The notes below the pieces were generated by a model. The model was not told the DNA's origin. It searched no databases and worked only from the letters and a program-made list of their open reading frames with translations. A DNA stretch of 63,335 nucleotides, filler included, from Octopus bimaculoides (lineage: Eukaryota): the NCBI RefSeq assembly GCF_001194135.2. It is 6 parts of 6 records of this genome, joined end to end, with 100 filler letters (N's around TTAATTAATTAA, not from the genome) between each part and the next. Parts side by side here need not be neighbours in the genome. Positions count along the whole stretch, not along the records: positions 50,091 to 62,062 come from NW_026334859.1; positions 62,163 to 63,335 come from NC_069007.1; 4 more parts are not named here. One strand, given 5' to 3'. Position 1 is the first letter of the stretch, and each line of letters begins with the position of its first letter. The position numbers were made by a program, and so were the translations under genes. Shown one piece after another: positions 52,540 through 63,244 of the stretch.

Positions 52540-53580
52540 TATAAATGCTATCTTAAATGAATACAATGTCAGATTCAAGTAATCATAATAACTCCATTAA
52601 CAAGGTAGGAAGAAAGAATCAACAGTGATTGTGTCATGCACGGCAGGCAAGAAGTGTCTGATCAAGCTCTGACAGGCAGTCATTAAGCCATCGATCAGGA
52701 CCAGAATCAAAATCAAAAGTCTAGTGGGAGAAAAAATAAAATGGTAAAATGAGGTAAACAAGATTGCAACTGAATTTTGGTTTCATGAATCGAAGGAAGA
52801 AAATATGGAATGAAAAAGGAGTCTTTGAATCTTCAGCTCAGCGATTGATAGACCAGGCAAGAGCAATTTGTATAAATAACTGGATTACAAAATTAGAAGT
52901 TGAAGATATTCAGACAAAATAAACAGGTAGAGTGAGAAGTAAAAGCTGTAGAAAATGGTAATGAAGAGATAAGAAATGAAGGAAATGAAAAAGAAGGAAA
53001 TCATTATGTGTCTGAGAATGCTAATGAAGTATATAGTGAAGGTGATAAAGCTGGTTGAGTGGCAATACATTTTGAAAAAGAATTGAGCGATGAACAGAAG
53101 ATTCTAAATATGGTGAAAGACAAAATACTTGGTGTGAACAATGAAATGGATGAAGGAAAAGTAAAAGGAGCAAAGTAATCAGTGCTTTGAACTGGATTTA
53201 AACAGAACATCAGTGAAAGAAACCAGCTAATCCTAAGATACAAGTAGAAGACTGTTGATGAAAAGAAGAGAGATCTGAACAAGACAAATGCAGCAAAGAC
53301 ACGGAGCATTTAAATGGAATAATGGGAAGGGAACTTAAGAATGCGGCATTAATCAAGAAATTGAATGGACAGTACAGCTTAGAAAAGAGGAGAAAGCAAA
53401 GATGTGAGGAATAATTCTCAGAAAGGATGGTGGCATCGGAGGCCACGTTGAGAAGATCTGAGGTTTGATGCAAAAGTTTTGAACAGAATAGATCATTTCA
53501 ATCGAATAGAAGACAGATTTTCAAGCAAATAGAGGGAGAACAATATCAGAAAGTGATACCTGATGCAGAAGAAAGTAAAA
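52540..53580 (+). mobile_element. R4/Dong-like retrotransposon ORF N-terminal region, decayed
   Basis: Readable: IWNEKGVFESSAQRLIDQARAICINNWITKLEVEDI and NRSFQSNRRQIFKQIEGEQYQKVIPDAEESK, typical of the pre-RT region of this clade. Confidence 0.7.
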
Positions 53581-54032
53581 TGTAAAGCGTCTATTTTTAT
53601 ATTTCACTCACATTCACACACACACACATTTACACTAACTGACATTCACAGAAACCACATGCAAAAATACATCCACTCACACTCACATTGCAGATATATA
53701 TTCACACATACTTCCACACACATATGGAGAGGGAGTGCAAGATAGTTGGAGAGAGAAAAAGAATGACGAGAAGACGTTAAATGTTTAGAAATATATTGTC
53801 AATGAAAGAGTATCAATTACATTAATTCAACTTACAAATATTTTAACATGAAGAGTTTTTGGAAGGTTCCATTTTGAATAGTCGCAATATTATTACTATT
53901 CAGATATCTGTAATATAAAAATGAGTTGATAAGAAAGTGTATAGAACAGATTTGTGCTTTAATATTAGATATTTATGACTAAACAACTAGGTAATGTAAG
54001 AGAAGGAAAAGAAATTGATGATGATGGTTATC

Positions 54033-54110
54033 AAGAAGAAGAAGAAGAAGAAGAAGAAGAAGAAGAAGAAGAAGAAGAAGAAGAAGAAGAAGAAGAAGAA
54101 GAAGAAGAAG
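54033..54110. repeat. (AAG)n microsatellite within a purine-rich tract (53970-54465)
   Basis: Direct reading. Confidence 0.95.
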
Positions 54111-54465
54111 GAAGTGAATGAAATATTGACGATGAAGAGAAAGAAAATCATGAAGAAAGAGATGCAAAAGAAGAGTACGAAGAAAAAAGGAGCTGGAGAT
54201 GATGATGTTGGTGATAAATGAAAAGAAGACGGAAAAGATGTGGAAGAACAAATCAATAAGAATTTTTATGTATAGTAGAAAATGAAGAAGAAAAAAGACA
54301 TGAAGAAAGCAATAACGAAACACTTGAAAATGACAAGTTTAAAGAAATAGAATGTAAAGAAGAAAAAGGAGGTAAAAGAGAAGAAAAATAAGAAATACAA
54401 GCGAAAACTAAGAGGAAGGCGAAGAAGAAAAACGAGGAAAGAAGAAGAAGAAGAAGAAGAAGAGG

Positions 54466-55074
54466 ATGCTATTTAAAATTTGAATGATATATTGTGTACA
54501 TATGGGCTGTGTAAAGGAATAGTAAAAAGAGTTAAAGAGTGCATAAAAATCATTAAAATCAATAGAAAATTATAACATGTAATGTGAGTCGGTAGTCTAG
54601 CTATCAAAAGTGAATTTAATATATAGAATTATTGCCGTAGTGTAGTTCGGTTCATTGTGGTATTTGGTTTAAAATGTGAAGTGAAGTTATGTGGTAAGTG
54701 GGATGGTTAGGGGAGGTAATAAGATGTTAAGGAGGTCCGTTAAAAACCTGTAATGTAGGGATTAGCGATATTTAAAAATGAGTAGGTTTTAGTGATATTT
54801 CGAGAATAAGAATTTATCTCTATGCAAACAAATGCTAATATTCTTGTCTTGTTTATTAAGTAATTCTGATTTGGCCATTAAAATGAAGAATTTCTCGTTT
54901 ATACATAAATTACATTGATTATTATTAATATTATATGAAGAAGCTTTGGCTAGGATATGCCATTCTAATCTATAATTAATATTATTGTCTTTCACTTCCC
55001 AAATGTAACTCTTTTTACTATTCCTTTATATAGCCCATATGTACACAATATATCATACAAATTTTAAATAACAT
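54466..55074 (-). mobile_element. Penelope-like GIY-YIG C-terminus plus 3' region, flanked by 69-bp inverted repeats
   Basis: ORF 54789-54995 reads YRLEWHILAKASSYNINNNQCNLCINEKFFIL...LLNK...CLHRDKF. 54466-54534 and 55006-55074 are reverse complements with 4 mismatches. Confidence 0.85.
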
Positions 55075-55789
55075 TCTTAGTTCTAACAAGGGCTTCTTTT
55101 GTAATTACAGAGACTAACTTAGAAGCCACAAATTAGCGTTACTTATTTCTAGCAACACTGGATATCCCCACTACGTATAACTGTTTTGGCCAACACTGCC
55201 GGTCAAATAGTCACTGTCCCCACTTACTGTCACACGCATCTAATGAAGGAATCTACTAACACGTGGAATTATACAAGTCACTAAAATGTAAGCCTATAGA
55301 CTCTAATGAACTTTTTTCTTTTTCTTTTTCTTTGCCTTACTTTTCCCTCTAATCATTCTGAAGGCGTTTATTAAATATAACGAGATAAATGTAAATTCAC
55401 TCCAATTTGATAAACAGAAACAGCTGTAAATGGTTCCAAATTCTATTAAACAATGACTTTTGAACACCAATGATCCACTTCTCATTGTTAATTATTTTTT
55501 ATTTTCTCTATATATATATTAAATCACAGTTTTTACCTTAAATTACCTACTACCGTATACTTTATAACGAGGACTATACAGAGTGATGTAATGTACCAGG
55601 AGTGCCTACAGATACATCTATCCCTTGGATGGTTGCATAACCTCTAACTTATATCTTGCTTCACATTTATACATTTATACATACATACAGACAGACAGAA
55701 GAACCTAGACGCCATATATAAATGGGATTGAGAAAACAACATGCAATATATAATGCAATCTATCAGTGAGTGTGCAAACATTCTGCAAC

Positions 55790-56250
55790 AAAAACACTTT
55801 GGACCAAAAAGAGTGACAATCCCAGAGTCAAACACATGACCTGGGAACTGATATGAGCAACAGCGCCTCATTTCCCATGCATATTACCAAGATGGAGGCA
55901 ATGTGTGGGCGAGTGGCCAGGTGGATTCTGAGGACTTTCAGAACAAAGTACCAGGAAACTATGCTGGTTCTCTCGAAGACATGTGTCCTCAACCTTCTGG
56001 ACTACTGCTCTCAACTGTGGGTGTCCTACAATATCAAATTAATGGTGTAACTTGAGACAGTTCAATGGTGATACATCAGGAAGTTTGCATAAGTGGAACA
56101 GCTGAACTCCTGGAAAGTATTATGACAGTACTCTCTGGATAGAAGACAAAAGGGATGCACAGCAGATAAATATGGATATGAAAGACTGAGAGTTATACAA
56201 GCCCCCGAAAAGGACACCAATGCACTATTTCAAATCTTGCCGAGAAAACC
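55790..56250 (+). mobile_element. CR1-like LINE RT C-terminal fragment
   Basis: WILRTFRTKYQETMLVLSKTCVLNLLDYCSQLWVSY. Confidence 0.8.
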
Positions 56251-56329
56251 TGTGAGATCTACATGTAGTGGGGTAGATATTTTCAAGAAACCCCTTCACC
56301 TACTTGACTCCAGGATTGCCTCTTCTTTT

Positions 56330-56830
56330 GGTTCAAAGTATTTTTGTTGTGGCATGTTAGAACAAGCCGGATAATAGTGGAGGCCTTTGAATTTTCCGCC
56401 ATTAAAATGCATGTTGTTTTCTTCAAGCCATTTATATATGGCATCTAGGTATTTCCTTAGAAGACTAGCATCGAAAGGTTCCTTGACTGCTTATACCACT
56501 TTTGTGTCGTTGGTATACCTAGTGAGTATAGCTATCTATGTTACCGATGGCATAACCGAAAGAACTACCATAAACAGCGTCTCCAAGATAGTTCTTTGAG
56601 GCACTCCACTTGCTATTACAGTGACCTTGGAGAGGTTTGCACTTGCTACCACAGCCTGACTTCTATCTTTTAAGAAGTCATGTAACCACTCTCCCAGTTT
56701 TCCGACTATGCTGAGTTGTTATAACTTGTTACACATCATCCTATGATCAACTTTTCCAAAGGCCTTTGCAAAATCCAGGGTAGTCTTTGTCTATTTGTCG
56801 CTGAAAATGCTTAACCTCATTAGCACCGAG
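56330..56830 (-). mobile_element. CR1-like LINE RT core fragment
   Basis: Minus strand reads LDFAKAFGKVDH, EWLHDFLKDRSQAV, SGVPQRTIL and YTNDTKV. Confidence 0.8.
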
Positions 56831-56859
56831 GATCTCTCTTGGCCGAAAAAGACCCTTAG

Positions 56860-57260
56860 CTTAGCTAGGGTGGTATACTAAGTACTAATGCTTCCTTTTA
56901 GAGCCAGAACATATCTCAGTCGCCAACAGCTACTGACACATTACAACACTTAAGTAATGGAGTACTACTTCCATGTTTGGCACAGTATTGCTGCTATAAA
57001 CATTGTCATCGTGGATAGCATCGAAAGAAAAGCCGCTCTGCTGGTTAACAATTCATCACTAACAGATACAATCCAGTTTCTGTCCCACAGGCATTTTGTC
57101 TACTCTCTGTTCCTTTCTTTCTATCACTACTATATTAACCTCTGCTCCTAGGAGCCGATTGGCCTGATACCTCCACTACTCAGGCACTACAAACCCACTC
57201 CTTTATTCATTTCTTATCTCATTTGAGCTATTTAAACCTCACCCCCTACACGATATTAAT
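56860..57260 (+). mobile_element. CR1/L2-group LINE ORF2 C-terminal fragment
   Basis: MEYYFHVWHS..DSIERKAALLVNNSSLTDTIQFLSHRHFVYSLFLSFYHYY. Part of it recurs at 58290-58425. Confidence 0.75.
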
Positions 57261-57499
57261 CATTACTCTCAATTTTTCATCACTAGAACATCAGCTCTCT
57301 GAAATCTCCTTGTTCATGTCTTCTATTCAGGTATTGGCCTGTAACAGTAAACAACCATTGACAGCTAACAACATCAATCTCACCTGTTTCGCAGAGCTTG
57401 AAACAGGTGAGACCTCTACTACTTCCTCCAAGTTTAGCAAGTAAAAAAAGTGAAATTTGAACTTAAAATCGAAAGTGCCAAAAAACAAAAAAAAAACAT

Positions 57500-57670
57500 C
57501 ACAAAGCATCCAATCCAACATTCTTATAGGTTGGCCAGTCCACTGGTTTGGTACTCTGTCAGTCCTGGAAGGATGTAAGGTAAAGTTGACCTTGGTGGGA
57601 TTTGAAGTCAGAGTGCCGAGATTCTGAACAAATATCACAAAGTATCAGTCTATCCGGTGATCTAAAGACT
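57500..57670 (-). mobile_element. Family B SINE
   Basis: CTGGTTTGGTACTCTG..GGATGTAAGGTAAAGTTGACCTTGGTGGGATTTGAAGTCAGA is the reverse complement of the core and head. Confidence 0.65.
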
Positions 57671-58034
57671 ACCAATTTTCACCTAGATTATGAATGACAT
57701 TATGACAATGCCAGAACTATTTCATAAGGGATCGACTTTAATAATCAATATGTTCGATTATACAAGATTTAGTTACTACCATTATTTTTTATATCATATA
57801 AGAATTTCTTATTTCATTAGAACATCCCAAATTTGCAGAGAATGGGTGTGATCGATTGAATAGATCTACAATACGATTGGAATGTTTGATTCAAAACGCA
57901 AGTTTATAGTGATTAATGCAATATTTCAAGTCATTTAATCAGAAATAATACCTGAACTAGTGGCAGAATCATTGAGTATGCATGTTGCCGTGGATTTTAA
58001 ATAATTTTAGATTATTTCAAAATTGGTGAAAATG

Positions 58035-58900
58035 TATTTGTTAAGTCATATAAGAATGGAAAGCAAAGTTAGGAAGATGGCATGATTACCAAACACATGG
58101 GGAAAATGTTATACGTGGTAAAAGGAAGAAAAGGGGTATACTAGAGACACATGAATAAACTAAGAAAAAGATTCATTAGGAGCAAACCCAAGAGAATGGA
58201 AGAACCAATGGAATGGTTATATAATACTTTTCAAGTATCAATGCCATTATAAATGATTAGACCCATTTGCATCACAAACAGACACAACCCTGTTTCTGTC
58301 CCACAGGCGTTCTGTCTCCTCTCTATTCCTTTTTTAACCTCTACTCCTAGGAGCTGATTGGCCTGGGACCTCCACTACTCAGACACCATAAACCCACTCT
58401 TCTATTCATTTCTCATCTCATTTGAAGTGAAAGAAAAAGAAAATGTATAGAGTTCCTGGAAGTGGATGCCAAATGAAAACAAAATTAAATGTGTAACTGT
58501 ATGAAAAAACTCAAAAAAGGAGGTGAGGTGATGTAAAAATTATGTTAAAAAAATAAATAAACGTATACTCCCTAAGAAAAAAGAAAACTTAAAAGGGGAG
58601 GTGTTATGGGGATAATAGTAATAATGGAACACCCCTCCCATGTGACAAGTGGTATATGCCAGTCGTTACAAATATTATGACGTCGAGCAGTCGGGGATAG
58701 TCGGTCATAGACAGTCATGTCTTACTTGTCTATACCTAGTGGACTTTATAACAATCTGACATTGGATTACAACATTAATTGACAGATCAATCAAGGAAAG
58801 CTTCAATTAAACTTAAATAATTTTGCAGAAGTAATAATATGTTTTTGTCTTTGAAAAGGTACTGAGTTTGTGATATCTGCATTATTATACTGTTAACTAC
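58035..58900 (+). mobile_element. Ty3/gypsy remnant: integrase C-terminus, PPT and start of 3' LTR
   Basis: VFVKSYKNGKQS*EDGMITKHMGKMLYVVKG...RHMNKLRKR. Polypurine tract AAAAGGGGAGG (58591-58601) is followed directly by TGTTAT at 58602. The LTR right end was not determined. Confidence 0.7.
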
Positions 58901-59293
58901 TATTCTCTGACTAGATCAACTGGTATTATTTCACTGTAACTATATTTTTGGTTAATTATACACCACATTTTGCTAACATCAACGTTTCCATACTTTCTGT
59001 TCCCTGCATATACCACAAAGAGAATTGATGGAATCAGACCAATATCATCAAGACTCAGATAGTAGACTGATCCCATCTTTGTAAGCAACACTGTAAATTA
59101 TAGATGCAATATAAGCCAACATGTACAGAGAAGCAGTCTACCTGACTTTGCAGCAAGGATCATATCAGTCATTTTAACTCCAACTTAACATTGTGTTTAT
59201 AGCTGAGATTAATATAATGTTAGCTGAAAACATAACCAATGAGAATTTAAAGCACTGGATGTGGAAAAGATGTAGAAATTGTTTAATACTTAC

Positions 59294-59475
59294 ATAGATT
59301 CAACATTTGCAGGTATAGGTTGTGGAACTGTAGATAATTGGCGATTTTCACAACCTACATATATAGGAGATCCTTGGCAATTACACACGCTGCAAATATC
59401 GGAAGCAACATGAACCTCCAAAAATAATCTCATACACAGTACCAACACAAAAGCCAATTTACACTGATGGAGCAT
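59294..59475 (-). CDS. First coding exon of a secreted or membrane leucine-rich-repeat protein (signal peptide plus LRRNT cap)
   Basis: MLHQCKLAFVLVLCMRLFLEVHVA-SDICSVCNCQGSPIYVGCENRQLSTVPQPIPANVES(I/M) shows the C-x2-C-x-C...C...L..VP..IP LRRNT pattern. Acceptor TTTATTTTACAG lies 20 nt before the ATG (exon starts 59495). Donor AT|GTAAGT at 59294/59293 is phase 2. Confidence 0.8.
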
Positions 59476-59849
59476 ATTTTCAAATGCAGATTCGTCTGTA
59501 AAATAAACAAATACAAAATATCAGAAACACCAATGTTATTTATTTCACGTTTTAAATATCTCAAAAGACAAGGATTGGCCCTCTTCTTTGTGATGAATTT
59601 ATCTCTAATTTCATTTACATTCAACTTAATATTTAAAAATACAAAAGTGAATCAAGATAAATCAATGCAGAAAACATAATTATGGATAATGAGTGATAAT
59701 GTCAAATAAAGACTGAAGATCTTGCACACTTACTCATACACAAACATACACCAGCTCATAAATACAGGTATACACGCATGTATGCATAATATGAAAATGG
59801 TGACAAATTACACTTTTTCTTCATTTGATTTTATTTCCAGAAAGGAAAG

Positions 59850-60833
59850 AACACAGAACAAACAGCATGAAAGATATGCGTAGTATATGGAGATTGTGCC
59901 ATAGCTGAGAGGACTGTTCATAAGTGGCTCACTGGATTTAGGGGTAAAGAAGTTAACCTGGGAGACCATGAACACTCCAGAGGCTAACAAAATGACCAAA
60001 TCGAAATGTTAATCAAAACTAATCTGGATCACATGACAAGAGATGAGTGTTTATAAGGGATTGAAATATATGAATTTCCATTAAGTTTGAGTGCCCCATA
60101 ATTTAAAGGAAAATATTTGATGGACTGCATTTCCATTTGTGATTCTCTATTCAAACAACAAAATGTCCCGTTTTTGAAAAGAAAAAATCACAGGTAACAA
60201 AAAAGGATTTATTACAACAATGTAGAGCAAAAACATCCCAGGCAGAAATGAAACGAACGATTTTTAATCACTCCAAGCTCCGGTCGGTAGCCAAAGAAGG
60301 CTCTATATTTGATTGGATTGGAAGGACATTATATATTACGAGTTTCTTCTGCAAAATCAAATGCTGACTTGTAATTATTGTTCCCAATTAAACCGATTAA
60401 AGGAGGTAACCAATGGTAAATGCTCCAAATTAACCAGTTGGAAGGGTGTCGTCTTCTTTCCGGATAATGCTAAGCCTCATGTTTCTTTGAACATCTAGAA
60501 GGAATTGGTACAGCTTGGCTTAGATGTCTCACTGCACCCATCTTATTCACCCAACCATGCACCTTCAGATTACCATTATTTCCAAACCCTACAAAATTCT
60601 CTTAATGGAAAGAACTTCAATTTTTTGGAAGACTATAAAAGTCATTTAGACTAGTTCGTGATCCAGAAATGTGCCAAGTTTTGGGAGGATGGAACCATGA
60701 AGCTGCCTCAAAGATGACGAGCAGTAGTGGAACAAAATGGAACATGTGGTTGTATAAAGGTATGTACAAATATCTAAATAGCATTTTAGTATTTTACTTA
60801 AAAAGCCGTACAAGCTCTTGTTCCAACCCAATA
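59850..60833 (+). pseudogene. Decayed mariner (DD34D-type) transposon
   Basis: GDCAIAERTVHKWLTGFRG (HTH), DWKDIIYYEFL..NQMLT..YCSQL, FFPDNAKPH, HPSYSPNHAPSDYHYF. Right end TTGTTCCAACCCAATA at 60818-60833. Confidence 0.85.
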
Positions 60834-61062
60834 CATCTATCTATCACTATCTCTCTCCATATATATATATAGAGAGAGAGATAGAGAGACAGAGGGAGAG
60901 AGAGAGAGTGTGAGACAGAGGGATAAATAAATAGATAAAAATAGCTACTGCCGGTCTATGGGGTTACCCAGGGTTGCACGTCCAAAAAGCACTTAGCTTT
61001 GCAATGTCTCGTCAAACCCTAATGGACGGTGCTTCTCTTTTGGATTTATACTTGCATGTGGG

Positions 61063-61095
<33 letters not shown>

Positions 61096-61455
61096 NNNNN
61101 NNNNNNNNNNNNNNNNNNNNNNNNNNNNNNNNNNNNNNNNNNNNNNNNNNNNNNNNNNNNNNNNNNNNNNNNNNNNNNNNNNNNNNNNNNNNNNNNNNNN
61201 NNNNNNNNNNNNNNNNNNNNNNNNNNNNNNNNNNNNNNNNNNNNNNNNNNNNNNNNNNNNNNNNNNNNNNNNNNNNNNNNNNNNNNNNNNNNNNNNNNNN
61301 NNNNNNNNNNNNNNNNNNNNNNNNNNNNNNNNNNNNNNNNNNNNNNNNNNNNNNNNNNNNNNNNNNNNNNNNNNNNNNNNNNNNNNNNNNNNNNNNNNNN
61401 NNNNNNNNNNNNNNNNNNNNNNNNNNNNNNNNNNNNNNNNNNNNNNNNNNNNNNN

Positions 61456-61871
61456 CGTGAAGTATATTTGCCACTTAAATGCGGCTAAACCCTGAGGGTG
61501 AATGCTACTGCAGCTTTTAGCATCAGGAGAACATCTCCTCCAGCTGTCTATTGACACACTTTCTGTGCCCTATCAGTATTTGCAAAGTTTCTGGGTATTT
61601 ACCCTTCGTCAGTGCTGATGAAGGGTAAATACCCAGAAACTTGGGTCCGTGTGTATCACGTCAGGTCGACGATGGGAAGGATAACTTCCCTCTGCAAATA
61701 CTGATAGGACACAGAAAGTGTGTCAATAGCCAGCTGGAGGAGACGTCTTCCTGGGGCTACAAGCAACAGTAACATCCACCCTTAGTGGTTAGCCGCATTT
61801 AAGTGGCAAATATACTTCACGTTGTCATGCAGCTACTGTTTATATCTCGTTCAGAGATTTATTATTGCTCG

Positions 61872-61875
<4 letters not shown>
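61456..61875. mobile_element. Palindromic MITE (same family as 30257-30548) carrying a 106-bp central insertion
   Basis: Arms CTATTGACACACTTTCTGTGCCCTATCAGTATTTGCAAA and TGCAAATACTGATAGGACACAGAAAGTGTGTCAATAG flank 61587-61692. Confidence 0.9.
61612..61650 (+). ncRNA. Putative minimal hammerhead ribozyme core (HHR-4), preceded by an inverted copy of itself
   Basis: CUGAUGA A GGGUA-AA-UACCC A GAAAC UUGG GUC|. 61587-61612 is the reverse complement of 61615-61640 with 1 mismatch. Confidence 0.65.
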
Positions 61876-61908
<33 letters not shown>

Positions 61909-61924
61909 GTGCGTGTATGTGTGT

Positions 61925-61956
<32 letters not shown>

Positions 61957-62339
61957 CTGTGAGTGTGGGTGGAGTGTGTGAATAAAAATAAAAATAAAAA
62001 ATATAAAAAAGAGTTTTGTATGATCGTGTATAGAGGAATATATTATTTAAGAGTTCCAACTCNNNNNNNNNNNNNNNNNNNNNNNNNNNNNNNNNNNNNN
62101 NNNNNNTTAATTAATTAANNNNNNNNNNNNNNNNNNNNNNNNNNNNNNNNNNNNNNNNNNNNATATATATATATATATATATAATATAAATATGATCATT
62201 TATTCTTTGCGAAACCTACATTATGGTGTGACCGTCATGAAACCAGGATTTTCTGTACTTGAAGAATTCTGGCATCGGTCTGGGACCTGACAGTGTTTGA
62301 TAGCCCAGTATCTATCTATCTATCTATCTATGTGTGTAC

Positions 62340-62735
62340 ATGTATATGACGGTCTTCGCAATTTTCATCAACTAAATTCACTCAACGGTCGGTGCTATGG
62401 CAGAAAACACTGTTGCAGAGTGGGACTGAACCTGAAGCCATGTGGTTCGCAAAGTAAGCATCTTAACCACACAGCCTCCCTGCGACTACACATAACTTTA
62501 CCTTATTTTGATTTTATTTAACGAATCTTCTTAATTATTTGATGCCGATGGACTCTGTTTGAGTTTCCAGCGACACCTGGTTTATGTTTGTTCTGGATTT
62601 TTATGATCTGAGGTTCTAGGTTCAAATCCTGTCATGGTCAAACTTTGCCTTTTACCTCGATAAAATAAAGTACCGGTCAAGTACGGAAAAGGAGTAGATT
62701 TAATAAACTAATCCCTAACCCTTAATTTTCTAGTC
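62340..62735. mobile_element. Family C SINE head (-, 62340-62485) and family B SINE (+, 62600-62735)
   Basis: GGGACTGAACCTGAAGCCATGTGG..CTTAACCACACAGCC; GGTTCAAATCCTG..AACTTTGCCTTTTACC..GATAAAATAAAGTACCGG. Confidence 0.7.
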
Positions 62736-63053
62736 TGTGTTGCTGGCTGAATTCTTAGAGAATTAGAAAATACTTTGCAATACGAGAAGAAGGCCGTTGC
62801 ACATTAAGCAACTTGCTCTGAATTCCAACCAATCACATTTTAGCTGTGATCACTCGATCATACGTTTTCTAATAGAATTTTCAATGATTTTCCGGCCAAA
62901 TCACAATAAATATACAGAGTATTCGGGGCAAAAATTTGACGATTTTTATGTCTCCTTTTTTTTCTATGAACAACAAGTTGTATTGGTGAACAGTCAACGG
63001 CGTTGGAGAGCATAAAGATTACAGTTGTAGTGGCGAAAAATTTAGCTGACATG

Positions 63054-63244
63054 CACTAGCGTAGCGGGAGGAGGAGATGTAGGGGCGGTCCGCCCCAGGC
63101 GGCACTTTTAAAGGGGCGGTAGTTTTCGTCCTGTTGCAGGCTATTGTTGTAGGCAATATGCACTTTTTGTGGGGTGCTGGAGGGTGGGGGTCGGGGCAAA
63201 CGGAAAGGCTGCCCCGGGCGGCACACGCTCTAGCTACTCTGGTA
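63054..63244. mobile_element. GC-rich hAT-type MITE (191 bp) with 8-bp target-site duplication
   Basis: Imperfect TIRs CACTAGCGTAGC / GCTACTCTGGTA; flanks CTGACATG (63046-63053) and CTGACATC (63245-63252). Confidence 0.75.

Noticed and set aside
55240-55310. Decayed hammerhead-like CTAATGAAGG motif
   Set aside because: The core is mutated and no GAAA or stem III is present; at most a relic.
58900-59091. ORF just downstream of the LRRNT exon as its second exon
   Set aside because: From the TTTACAG acceptor the phase-2 frame stops after 14 codons and is not LRR-like.
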